The notes under the pieces: model-generated | What the model was told of the DNA's origin: nothing | What the model saw: the letters and a program-made list of their open reading frames with translations, nothing else | Database searches by the model: none | Program-made: the position numbers and the translations under genes | Shown here: positions 40,501 to 58,836 of the stretch, piece by piece | Layout: every line of letters starts with the position of its first letter | Numbering within the stretch: position 1 is the first letter of the stretch | Assembly: GCA_973895155.1 (NCBI GenBank) | Contig: OZ316891.1 | Coordinates: forward strand, 4,869,708-4,933,707 | Length of the DNA stretch: 64,000 bases | Source: Marsupella aquatica | Taxonomy: Eukaryota > Plantae > Marchantiophyta | Reading direction: 5' to 3'

Positions 40501-42282
40501 CACGGTAAGCAGCCTTGTATCTTCGAATGCGTGCCACACTAAACTCCGGTTGATCTAGCATTCATGCATCTCGAAATCAAATCCTCAATCACCAAATCCC
40601 GTCACCCGTAGCCTCGGGGGTTTCACTTCCACAAAAATGGCATATCACGTGCGACGAAGGATAGGGTCATTTTATTGGTTCTAAGGGAAGACTTAAGAAT
40701 TTTTGTAGAAGAACAATAGGGTCTTTTAAATTCAATTTGGAGACTTATAAGAATATTAGGGTCTTTTTAATCCAATTTTTAGAATATTCCAAGAATATTC
40801 CAACTTTATAGGGGTTAAAAAATTACTTTTTTTTCTTACATTTTAGGGGGTCCGAGGCCTAAAAACGTCGCAGGCGATGGGGAGGTCCCCATATAGTGAG
40901 ACCCCCGAGCCCGTAGCAATGTCAATTCCCTGGCCCGAAACAGCCCCCGTAGCCCGATTAATTTATTTCTCTCAATCCCCTTCGAATCCACTCCGTGCTG
41001 CTGCCGCTCATGCCCGGAAGAATCACGCCACCAAGCCCCACCAATCCACCATGAGAGAGAGAGAGCTTCAAAAATAATTAGAATGTGGAGAGAGCTTTTG
41101 GCAAGGTGTTGGGAGAGAGCTCGAGTTTTGCTTTCGGCAAGGAGAGGATCGTGCAAAAGAGGGAGGAAAGAAGAACCAAAAAAACAAAAAAATGCCTCCG
41201 ACACCTCCCTTCGCCATGCGCCCCGGTGCCCTCTCTTGCCTTGCCTCACGGGGCGTTTAATGGCGCGTGGCCCTATGCAGGGCGCGTTGCCATTGGGGCG
41301 CCACGGCCCCAGCTTGCTCGCGGGTCCCGGCTGCTCCCCGTTAATGGCCCCCCAGGCTCGCTCGCGGGAGCTTTATTGCCCCCTCCCCCGACTGCCCTCT
41401 CCAACTCGCGGCCACCCCCGCTCGTGGGCTCACGGGAGGGTTTAATACCCCCCTTCCTTTACTCCTCTTACTCCTCCTCCGCGGCCCGGCTGCCCACGCC
41501 CCGGCTGCCCTCTCTCAGCCTGGGGATTCCACGTGGCGGCTCTAGGGCTGCCCCTTATGGGCCCCCAAGTGCTCGCCCTCTCCCACTCGCGGCCTCCCTA
41601 CTTAGTACTCGCGGTGCCCCTTAAGGTTTTGGGCACGCAGCCCTATGGGCTCGCCTACGAAGCCCTCCTTAAGGGAGGGTTTTAATCAAAACCTCCCCTT
41701 ATGTTTTTTTTCTTTTCGGCCTCCTCCTGTGTGCGTCCGGCTGCCCACTCGCGGGGCTCGGTAAGAGGTCTCCGTTAGAGGGGCTCCTTGAGAGGGCTTA
41801 ATCGCCCCCCTTGCCATGCGCCCCGCCTGCCCTTATGGAGACGCCAGGTGGCGCCCACCTGGGTTGCCCCTTATGGGGATTCCACGTGGCAGCTCCAGGG
41901 CTGCCCCTCATACTCTTTAAGGCCTGGCTCCCTAGCTGCCCACTCGCGGAAGGATTTAATGGGGGTTTAATTAAACCCCCCATACTCCCCCAGTCCTGCC
42001 TGAGTGTTGCTTTAGAAGGGGTGTTACCAAAAAAATTAAAAATGCTTATTTCCCGGACTTCCTTATCTTCCCGGAAAGTCACGATTTAAAACCCCCCAAG
42101 TTTTGCCCCATAATTAACCCGGGTCTAGACAAAACTGTTGGGGTCTCCGACTATCCCGAGATGCTTAAAAAACTTTACAAACTTAAAGAACATAAAAAAA
42201 CTCGCGGTCTATGGGCTTATTTATTTACAGGTGTCTTGCTAGTGACACTAATGGTGACTTACCGTGGCGGGACCCCGTCACA
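37549..42282 (-). mobile_element. 4734-bp TG...CA insertion with 5-bp TSD (giant solo-LTR-like unit) inside retrotransposon copy A
   Basis: TSD GGAGG at 37544-37548 and 42283-42287; the empty site gggcgcaggaggctggctt is visible in copy B; ends TGTCAC...GTCACA; no internal LTR pair or gag/pol seen. Confidence 0.88.
38708..40561 (-). CDS. About 617-aa retroelement accessory coiled-coil protein with one in-frame TAG (39146-39148)
   Basis: ORFs 39146-40561 and 38708-39136 are in the same frame; globular N-terminal half, acidic linker, coiled coil, KRK and KKKK motifs, acidic tail. Confidence 0.7.
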
Positions 42283-43875
42283 GGAGGCTGGCTTCAGGCC
42301 AATCCAGTCATTCCTCACCTGCGGATGTCTTCAGTGGAGTTTGCGACAGCCATGCGTCTTCGTATGGGCTTGCCCCACCCACTTCTTGCTGGTTTACCTC
42401 CTACTTGCACTTGTGGGAAGCCTTGTGATGCCACAGGTGTCCATCTTCTTCGGTGCAGTTTGGGCGGCGAAACCATTTTTGTTCACGACGCTGTGAGAGA
42501 TGTCACTGCTCAGGTTCTTTCTGGCTCTTTGGTCTGCGCACGGCGGGAGGTGGTGCTCGAGTTACCTGGTCCTCCATCATGTCAGCGGTTACGGGTGGAT
42601 CTTACCATGGTCCGTGAGGGTCACCGTACTTTGGCAGATGTAGTGGTGGCAAACCCATTGCGCCAAGACATCATTGGGACAACGGCAACAACGGCAGGGG
42701 CAGCAGCATCACGAGCAGCAACAACGAAGGAGGCCAAATATGCTGCACGAGCTTCATCTGATAGCTTCCTGCCCCTTGCTCTTGAGATATTTGGGCGTCT
42801 CCATCATCAGTTCGACGGGCTTCTTCGCCAAGCTGCTCGGGATGTTCACGGCCGGATGGGTCCCACCGGGCCCCGCTATCTGTTTTGACCACGCACTTTC
42901 ACCAACGCATTTCAGTCACCTTACAGCGTGCTCAAGCTCGGGCCGTCTATCGTCGATCTCTGACAATGGGTGCTAGTGTGACTCCGCAGCGGCTAGCCCC
43001 CCTAGAGGACATTCCTGTCCCACTTGCCGATCTAGTTTCGACACTTGATGTAGACCACTAGCTTGTTGCCACATTTGCTAGGTATGATGAGGACCTCGGT
43101 CCATTTGCGGTAGTTTTAGTTCCTCTTTCTTGGTTTTTAGGGGTTTCCTTTTGCTCACTTCTTTTAGTTCCTCTTTCTTGGTTTTTAGGGTTTCCTTTTG
43201 CTCACTTCTTTTGCGTTTGGTTTTGTCCACTTGGGACCTCTCTTGTTTATTCTTTTGTACTCTATTTGGCCTTCTGTAAAAAGTATGTGTATATTAAAAA
43301 TTTTAGATATCTCTAGCCAACACAAAAACAAGTTTACATTTTTGACAAGAATAGTCTGTCTAAGTTATCCACCAAAATTAAAACCAGTTAGTCTAAACTA
43401 TGCAAAATCATGGCACCAAAGCATGCATCAGACCAATGTACGATATCTCTAATCGAGTCAACAAAGTGTTACAAACAAAGTTTAGGGTTTACAAAACAAT
43501 GGATTACAGCATTTGAGCATTTATCAGATTACAGATATATCTCTTAGACAGCCAACACAAAAAAACAAGTTCACAGCATTTCAAACATTTTAGTCGGTCA
43601 ACTGTTCACCATAACATGCATAAGACAAATTTACGATATCTCTAACCGAGTCGACACAAAAACCAGCTTTACAGCATTTCAAACCGATCGACATGCAAAC
43701 AGTCTCTTGCTGCAATAATCTTTCTAAGGTACAGTAATAATCTCCCATTTCTCTGCGCAAGCTTTTGGTCCGAGAACTTGAACATGCTTCGAGCTTTCAT
43801 TATTTGAGGGATTTCATGGTACACAGAACATGGGATTTCATGGCTGAACAGAACATGCCACAACATTCCTTTCTT

Positions 43876-44010
43876 TCTCGAGCTGTGCAAAAATGCTTGA
43901 GCCTTCAATGAAGTCGGAGAACTCTTAAAGAAACCGTCTCGTCTCGAGCTGTGCAAAAACGCTTGAGCCTTCAATGAAGTCGGAGAACTCTTAACGAAAC
44001 CGTCTCGTCT
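43876..44010. repeat. 66-bp tandem duplication downstream of OPR copy 2
   Basis: tctcgagctgtgcaaaaa.gcttgagccttcaatgaagtcggagaactcttaa.gaaaccgtctcg at 43876 and 43942. Confidence 0.9.
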
Positions 44011-44403
44011 TGAACTTGCTAAGATATCGTTCATACGGTTGCGCAATTTCTTCGGAGACCATCAGAGGAAGGTATTTCACCACGGGCCCAAAGCTCCTTT
44101 GCTTTCTCTGCGCAAAATCTCCTCAGTTCTGAAGGAGCAGTCTCACTTTGAACAATCAGGTAGAGCACAAATGATTGTTTATTTCCTCTGTACAATAATA
44201 TACTCGGAGCTTTTCAGATAATAAAATCTCATTAACAATCAACTACCAACAGATTTCATTTTCACACCAATGTCTTCGGAGAATTTTCGACTCCGTATCT
44301 CTCCATCAACGACGAGAAATCATTACATCGAATTCACAAGGGGAATGATTCATGAAACTTGCCCAGCTCCAACAACGGTAAGTTCCTGCGTTGGCGCAAC
44401 ATT

Positions 44404-47025
<2,622 letters not shown>

Positions 47026-47910
47026 CTTGCTCCACCACCTTCCTCCTCGCGTACTCTGTTCCTCCTCTAATGTACTCTGTCCTCCTAATTCTCAAGCAAT
47101 TCGACGAATTCGAGTCTCACGAAGAACAATGCAGCACTGCTGTACTAAGCTCCCTTATGTAGGGGCAGACGAGCAATTGAAAATTGTGAGACTGATCGAC
47201 GAAATGAAGTCTCGCGAGTTGTGTGACGAACCAGTGAAGGGTGTCGTCATAGCTCTGTTAAAGTGGGGGTAGACGAGCAATTGAAAATTGTGAGACTGAT
47301 CGACGAAATGAAGTCTCGCGAGTTGTGTGACGACGAGTGAAGGCTGTCGTCATAGATCTGTAAAAGTAGGGGCTGCTCTCGAATCTGGTGTGGTGCTTCG
47401 TGTATAGCATCCATACCAACGCAGCTGATGCCCACTGAGGTCACCATTCTGCATGCCTGAAGTTGTCAGTGACATATTTCTTTGGTGAGTAAGAAGTGCG
47501 GGGGACCCATTTCATAGCTGAGTAGGATTTCTTTGCCTTAGTTTATGTGAGATTCTCGGTCTCTTTTCTACTCCTTGGCATTCGTTAAGGTTTTCCTTGG
47601 TTTCTCCCCTTTGTTGAATTGAATTTAGTAGGGCGGCTCAAAGCTGACCATTTGATGGACCTTGAGTCCCTAGTTATGGATTATCTACACACAAAGTTAT
47701 GGACTTCAAAATTTATAGTCCCTAACTTTTTTGTTCGAAGGGATTGGTCATATGCCATTAGTGTACGATCAGTGTAGAGGCTAGTGAAAGAAAAAGAAAC
47801 TTTTCCAGAACAGTTATGACCATTCCTTTATGGCAGATTGTAATTCTCTATCATTTCGAGGCTTTGGGACACCCTAGTGCCACATAAACTTCTTGCATAC
47901 TTATCTACAA

Positions 47911-50900
47911 TTTTTTTTTTATAAACAGATACTTTTTACAGAAAAGGGCCAAATAGAGTACAAAAAAATAAACAAGAGAGGTCCCAAGTGGACAAAACCC
48001 GAAAGAAATGAGCAAAAGGAAACCCTCAAAAATCAAGAAAGAGGAACTAAAACTACCGCAAATGGACCGAGGTCCTCATCATTCCTAGCAAATGTGGCAA
48101 AAAACTAATGGTCTACATCAAGTGTCGAAACTAAATCGGCAAGTGGGATTGGAATGTCCTCTAGGGGGGCTAGCCGCTTTGGAGTCACACTAGCACCCAC
48201 TGTCAGAGATTGACGATAGATGGCCCGAGCTTGAGCACGCTGTAAGGTGACTGAAATGCGTTGGCGAAAGTGCGTGGTCAAAACAGATAGCGGGGGTCCA
48301 GTGGGACCCATCCGGCCGTGAACATCCCGAGCAGCTTGGCGAAGAAGCCCGTCGAACTGATGATGGAGACGCCCAAATATCTCAAGAGCAAGGGGCAGGA
48401 AGCTATCAGATGAAGCTCGTGCAGCATATTTGGCCTCCTTCGTTGTTGTTGCTCGTGATGCTGCTGCTGCCCTGCCATTGTTGTCGTTGTCCCAATGATG
48501 TCTTGGCGCAATGGGTTTGCCACCACTACATCTGCCAAAGTACGGTGACCCTCATGGACCATGGTAAGATCCACCTGTAACCGTTGTGATGGAGGACCAG
48601 GTAACTCGAGCACCACCTCCCGCCGTGCGCAGACCAAAGAGCCAGAAAGAACCTGAGCAGTGGCATCTCTCATAGCGTCGTGAACAAAAATGGTTTCGCC
48701 GCCCAAACTGCACCAAAGAAGATGGACACCTGTGGCATCACAAGGCTTCCCACAAGTGCAAGTAGGAGGTAAACCAGCAAGAAGTGGGTGGGGCAAGCCC
48801 ATACGAAGACACATGGCTGTCGCAAACTCCACTGAAGACATCCGTAGGTGAGGAATGACTGGATTGGCCTGAAGCCAGCCTCCTGCGCCCTTCCCTCCAG
48901 AAGAAAGAATTCGAGCTCGGTCCATGTCAGGTGCCTCATTGAGGATGCTGGAGAGGGTGAAAGCGTGCATACGCCCAGCAAGGTCTGCCTGAAGACGGAC
49001 GGGGTCCAAGGATAAAAACTCCTGAAATGAAGGTAACGCAGCTCGAACAGGATCTGGTAATGATGACCGCGCCGCTCGCAAATGAACCTGAAATGGGAGG
49101 GAACCCTCCTCTACCTCCATGAGAGACGAAAGTAAAAAAGGTTGATCCTCAGGAAGGAAACAATCTGTCAACAATGAGAAGGCTGCCCACGCACCCAAAA
49201 AGGCCAAAGGTGCAAGGTGCTCAGTGGAAGTAAGCCCAAAACCACCGTGAGAAATAGGAAGAATGAGCTGTCAATGAAGCCACGGAGATGAGAGCAAAGT
49301 ACCTGGCCCTAAAAGAGAAGCCAAAGTCTCACGAATGGAGACATCAAACGCTCGGAGGTGTAGATACAGATGCTCCGTAGGGGGATGTGTCCAAGCCAAA
49401 TAGGACGCGCGAGGGTGGATGCATCGCAATAACAACCCAAATGCTGCCTGAGAATCTCCTAACTTAGGGAGCATAGGAGCAGGGGCTAAGGCAGCCTTTA
49501 GAGTGTCAGCAATGAAAGATGAGCAAAAGGAGGCGATACCGACTGGGGAGCCAAGGACCCGAAGACCGTCGTTTGGACGTAAGAACCCAGGGGGAAGCGC
49601 AAGATCAGAGGGTAACCCAGCTGGACTCCATGCACGACTCTTCACCGGCTGAACCCGTAAACCAAGGCCCAACAAATGGGTGGAAAGGGTGGCGAGGGCA
49701 GAAGTAACCGCAGCAGGTGGACCAATGATGTGGGTGTCATCTGAAAGGGAGGGGAAGATACACTCGGGGTGGGCCGCGGAGGCTTCCCGTAAAGCAGTAA
49801 AATGGGCAATGGCAAAAAGAGGCCCACCCAAAGGGTCACCCTGACGTGTACCTTCTATAGAAGAAAGAGTGGTATACACTCCTGTAGAGGTGTGATGACT
49901 ATAGAAGAGGGGGGCCTCGAGTCCATAAAAACAACGGACAAAGGGGATAAGGGACTGGATGTCTAGATCCGCCGTCCTCAAAGCACGAAAAATTGCTGCC
50001 CGAGAAACCGTAGTGAAAGCATTAGAGACATCAACCTGGAGGACAACCCAATCAGGGTGGAGGTCCAAGGTAGTACGAATACCCGCAATAATTGTCTCAC
50101 AACCGCCGGGAACGCCCACTACAAACTGATGTGGAGAGAGATGATCCGATAGTGCAGAGCGATACTGCAATGAAAGTGTGTGAGACACCAGACGAAGAAA
50201 AACCTCTCCAATAGCTATGGGCCGAACACCCGGTGAAGACTTAGCCATGGCCAGTAACGAGAAGCACTCAAAAGCCGAGAGACGGGAGGAGGCAAACGGC
50301 CGGCTGCAATACACTGGCAAAAGGAGAAGAAAACTGGAAAACCAGACTGAGGATCCTCTTGGGGGAATAAATCATGAAAATGCTCAAAGACATAGCCAGA
50401 GGGGCCACCAGCCGCGCAACGCGGAGCATGGAGGAAGGCATAGGTGAAGTGGTCCCTACTAAACTGAAGATCCTCCTCAGGCTCAAAATCCTCCACGAAC
50501 AAAGGGAGCTGATCATAGGGCTGTGGATGGAGATCCTGAAGGGCCGTCAAGGTGACCTTGCCAGGGGGGCTGGTGTGGTGGGAGAAAGGGTCTGGACAGC
50601 ACGGCGATATTCACCAGCCTGGGCTAAACGACAAGAGCGACGAAGGCGTCTATGCTCTGGAGGATGAGAGTAGCGAGCTGGGTCAGACAAAGCACGGGTA
50701 GTAAAGGAACGGGCTCGAAGAAAGTACTCTTCCTGAAGCTGTTCCCAATCTCCCCGCAGAAAATGATGGATACGAGAGGCAGTCTCATGGTGACCCACAC
50801 GACCACCGTGACTAGGGAGGGTAAGAGTCCACTGTGGAAATAGCATGAGTAAAGACCAATAGGAGACCTCTATAGGATGCACCAAGATAAGCTGCATGAG

Positions 50901-52450
50901 TTGCAACAAGGATGACCAAACTAATGGGCGCAACGCTAGTGGGATGTGGTTATAAAGGCGAGGTCTAATGTACCCTGGATGGTAGGCTGGAAGGGGGTCT
51001 AGAGTGCGAACCCAACTCCAAGCCTGCTCAGAAGCCTCCAAGGAAGGAGGGGCAGAGAAAACTGGGTCAAGAGGGGGCTGGGGCTGGGATTGTGCTTGAT
51101 GGCGACGTTGGCACCGGCCCCGCCCGCGATGATGAGGAAGGGAGAGGCCAACCCAGCCACAGTCAGGACAAGTATGCAGGGAACGCTCGTCTGGGGAGGG
51201 AGCAGGGAACGACTGGATAGGAGGTGGGGGGGGACAGACGTGGATGAACAGGCCGGAGGGGGATGCTGGAGGGGTGGAGGGGGTATGGGGTGGGGAGAGG
51301 AGCCAGGGCATCGATGGGGTGGGCAGTAGACTGGGGGACTGGCAGAGCATCGGGCATGGGATCATCACAAAGATGAGAGAGATCCAATGAAGAAGAGCAA
51401 ACACGAAGGCGACCATGAGGCGGGGGGGAGGAGGGGGGAGAAGTGTGTGGTGGGGCTGGGCGCTTGCCCCGCGCCACACTCTCAACGTAGACATGACAGG
51501 CCGCAACCCAATAAAAGCAAAAGCGCATCAAGAAGCGACAAAAGGCCCAACCAAGACATGTGAAAAGAAAGGGAAGGCTATGGAGGGAGCCCACCGCGTC
51601 AATCCGAGAAACGGCACCACCGCTAGCCTAGGAAACCGTTGAGCACGTGCAGGCATAGCCGGGAACAAAGCTGAAGCACTCGTCGATGTGTCCGTTGAGG
51701 AGTCGGTGCGAGTGAATATCTGTCCGCTGATTTGAGCGTGCTACTACAACTCCCGAAGATGGTGGAATGCAAACTGGTCCACTAAACGTGACAAAAACCA
51801 CCCTGTCAGAACTGAAAAAGAAAGGCCACAACCAATCGGAGGAGAAACGTGGCAATATAGGAATGCTCCAAAGCTGATCAAGGGAAACCGTCACCAAAAA
51901 TGGAGTAAATCAGAATCATAATCGGAGCCGAAAGTGGTGGATATGTCACCAAAAGGACCACGGTAGGGATAGATGTTGCACTCCCGGACAAGAGCTAGCC
52001 AAATCACATGAGAATGCCTGATTCCGTGAACGAGAAACTGCTATAGGACCCCAAAGCTAATTGGAAGTGAGTACGATTGAAGTTGAAGGAAAAACGTGAA
52101 AGCTAATCAAGTTCCAATCGGGGCAATATGAGACCAATTGGACCGCTCTTGGGATCAATCTGATTCTCCCGGATAAGAGCTATACAAAGCACTGGAGAAA
52201 TCTGAAATCCGTGAAAGATTGACCAAGATATGACCGTCGAAAGGAAGGCAAAAATCGCAGAAAAATGACTGAAAAATGGCGAAAACGAATGTGACCATAA
52301 GTATGTAGATACTGCACCGTTTTTGACGTGTTTTATATCGATTTGATGCGCCTCTGCAAGAGCAAGCTAATGCAACTGAGAAAACTGGATTCCGAGAAAA
52401 ACTGAGTACGGGAGGGTAGTCAAAGTGGCGCGAAAACTGTGCTACAGTCT
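47911..52450 (-). mobile_element. Near-full-length CRE-like (RLE-type) non-LTR retrotransposon, copy B, frameshifted; 5' boundary approximate
   Basis: ORF pieces 50547-51506 (CPDCG..HH finger), 50215-50550, 49271-50320 (GVRPIAIGE, LQVDVSNAF, QGDPLG, SLSDD) and 48278-49207 (CCHC plus RLE); A10 tail at 47911-47920; highly similar to copy A. Confidence 0.9.
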
Positions 52451-52995
52451 GAACTCCATAGCCAGGAGCTCAAAGACCTAAGACCGACGATGAAGGTGAA
52501 GTCTATGCTCCACATGTGTGAAGTCTATGCCACATCCGCTTTTGTGTATAGGTATAGACTAAATAGTTTTTCACTATATCCTTAGGGACTATATTATTAG
52601 TTTGGTGGGCATCGTTGGCAAGCAAGTCATAACATGTGTGAATTGTTCTGAAATGCTAGTTTTTGCTCGAATAGCACCATTCTTGTTGTACAAATAATCA
52701 AAATGGTAGATGTCTAAAAGTGTTTGGTCTATTGGGGTATGAGAGCCATATGTTGTGATCCAATTGAAAAGCATCTTCCAGTTTTTATCAATCTTTTGCA
52801 TTTAATAAACAATGCCGTTTTTTCCACCTAGACCCCATGGAAAGGGGAACCAAAAAGGCCATCAACTTACCAAAAAGCAGGGCATATTGCCCAAAGCACC
52901 AGGAAAGCGCGCCAAGCCAGGCCGAGGACCAACACCTGAATGGACAAGAGTCCAACAACAAAGTCACACCCTCAAACCCCCAGAAAAGTCTTGCA

Positions 52996-53336
52996 TGTTA
53001 GGCATTTACTCATAGTCTAAGGTTACGACTATAGTTGCAGTCAGGGCTAACCGTAGTTGTAGACTAGGTTAGGTTAACTAGGTTACACATTATATCCCAA
53101 GTGGTGTTTGTTTGGATAAGAAGAACTCAATCATTGTTACGGATCCAGTTGAGAGATAGGGAGATCTTGTATTGAAGAGACTCAATATGGCCGACGGGTC
53201 TAAAGTGTAATAAAGCTCTCATGTGTTCCCGTGGACGTAGCCTCAATTGAGATGGATCACATATCTCTTTGTGTCGATTACTTGTGCGTCGGATAGTTCA
53301 TGAGCTTGCTATTGTGAATGTCATCTTTGCTCAACA
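52996..53336 (+). mobile_element. Probable old Ty1/copia-type solo LTR
   Basis: Starts TGTT, ends AACA, and contains cccgtggacgtagc typical of copia U5 regions; flanks TTGCA/GTGTA match only 3 of 5. Confidence 0.45.
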
Positions 53337-54051
53337 GTGTAGGCCTAGCGCGTCACGTACTAAACCCTCTAATTAAACTCCCTATTTAATCAGAACTGAA
53401 CTATGCTAACCTAGAAGAGCACCTCAACACAGGTCGGACAGCTAGTAATCACCACAATATATTGTCTTCAAATCATAGTTTCGATAGTGGCAGTCGCTTT
53501 TTGCGGTTCTCCCAAATAATCTCTATGATTTCTCGATCGACCATGCAGGGTCGACTGCATGCAATTTGCCTAGAGTCACTGTACATAGTAAGCACCACAC
53601 CACACAAAGACAGGTGTAGGCACCACACAAGAATAGATGTACTCCTTGGTAAAAATAGAGGGTCCTACTTGATAAAAAAAGTTACCTATGGGTCCATTGG
53701 GTAAGAAAATTTAACCAGGGCCATCAAACATATATATTGGTTTCATTGACATATAAGTGAGAAACGAGATCATGATTTTCTGAAACGAGATCATGATTTT
53801 CTCCTTCGCGCGCAAAATCTCCATAGTTTCCGAAGGCGCTGTCTCACTTTGAACAATCAGGTAGAGCACAGATGGTTGCTTCTTTTCCCTGTACAATAAT
53901 GTCTTCGGAGATTTCCAGAAGATAAAATCTCACTGACAATAATCAACTAGCAACATATTTCATTTTTCCACCAAGATCTTCGGAGAATTTTCGATTCCGT
54001 ATCTCTCCATCAACGAGGAGAAGGCAGTACATCCATTCACAAGGGAATGAT

Positions 54052-57471
<3,420 letters not shown>

Positions 57472-58419
57472 CTTGCTCCACCACCTTCCTCGACCTGTTA
57501 CGCTATCCCTCCTCTAAAGTACTCTGTTCTCCTAATTGTCAAGCAATTCGACGAATTCAAGCATCCCTCCTCTCAAGTACTCTGTTCTCCTAATTGTCAA
57601 GCAATTCGAGGAATTCAAGCATCTCGACGAACAATTCAGCAACGCTGTAGTAAGCTCCGTTATGTAGGGGTAGACGAGCAATTGGAATTTGTCAGGGCTG
57701 ATAGATGAATTGAAGTCTCGCGAGTTATGACGAACGATTCAAGATTGTCGTCATAGATCTGAAAAGGTAAAGCCTGCTTTCGAATCTGGTCTGGTGCTTC
57801 GCACACACCTATGCAGCTGACCTCAGCCCGCCATAGCTTATTAAGTATCATTATTCTGCATGCCTGAAGGGAAAAGGCATGTAAGTGTGACCCATTTCAT
57901 TGCTGAGTACTATTTAAATGGTGACGGGGAGTCTCTTGGCTCTTCTTGAGGCCCTCCCTCTTTTTTCTTTCCCTTTATTGGGTTCCTTTGACTTTAATTT
58001 CACTTTGCCTTTGGGACCTGTTTGGCGTTTGTGCTTATTGGCACTTTGATATAGTATTTAAATGGTTTGCCTTTGTGTGTGATTGTGGGTCGTTTTTTTA
58101 CTCTTTTGTAATCTTGAGCGTTTCCTTGTTCTCCCCTTTATTGGGTTTAGTGCCATACACAGTTCTTGTGTACTTATCTGGGTCCTGGTAATCGGACATT
58201 AAAATGTACCAGGATAGGGTGTCCCATGATAAACTTGGATATTCTATTTAACTCTGAGTGTTTTAAACACATATCTGAGTGTCCAATTTTGACGTGCAAT
58301 TTTTGACGCTAGATTTCTATGGCCCTCACATATGAGAATAATTTCTAATGTTACATTCACTTCTTCTGTACTTATCTATTACCTTCGTGTGGGACGTACG
58401 TCATACCCACCAGCGTATA

Positions 58420-58836
58420 GGTGGAGAGACCATAGACATGCATGAACTGTGGGAACTATATCACATCCACTATTGTGTAGAGGTGGAAAGATCATAGACA
58501 TTACTACTAAGGTACTTGGGGACTTTGGTACATGTGAGACAGGAGATGGTGCTCCATTTGACAGGTCTTCGCAACATAAATTGCGGATTGCTTTGAGCAT
58601 GGGTACGAGATGGTAGACTACTTTGGCTCAATCATGCTGTGAAAACCAACCCTTTGTGGGAGACATCATGCATGGGGTAGTGGCATCACAGACGGAGGCA
58701 GTATGTAGCAACACGTGTGGCAACAACAAAAGAGAATATGCGACACGAGCTATGTCATATAGTTTCCTTCCCCTTGCTATTGAGATAGTTTGGAGACTCC
58801 ATCGTCAATTTGATGATCTCCTTCGACAGGGAGGTT
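58420..58836 (+). mobile_element. Highly decayed remnant of the CRE-like element endonuclease region
   Basis: SYSFLPLAIEIVWRLHRQFDDLLRQ matches SDSFLPLALEIFGRLHHQFDGLLRQ in copy A. Confidence 0.75.

Larger units (their letters stand above)
36520..43300 (+). mobile_element. 5'-truncated CRE-like (RLE-type) non-LTR retrotransposon, copy A, interrupted by the 37549-42282 insertion
   Basis: RT motifs GTRQGDPLG, PSLSDDTHIIG, VLGSPVG; CTCGKPCDATGVHLLRC zinc knuckle; RVDL..LADVVV..KEAKY restriction-like endonuclease; short A tail; apparent TSD TTTTAGA at 36513-36519 and 43301-43307. Confidence 0.9.
36290..43690. repeat. Degenerate local tandem repeat (36290-36519 and 43301-43690) split by the retrotransposon insertion
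   Basis: agatatctc..agccaacacaaaaacaagtttaca and catgc.tcagaccaatgtacgata.ctctaatcgagt occur on both sides. Confidence 0.7.

Noticed and set aside
47880-52600. TSD for retrotransposon copy B
   Set aside because: No convincing duplicate of the 3' flank was found near the presumed 5' end.
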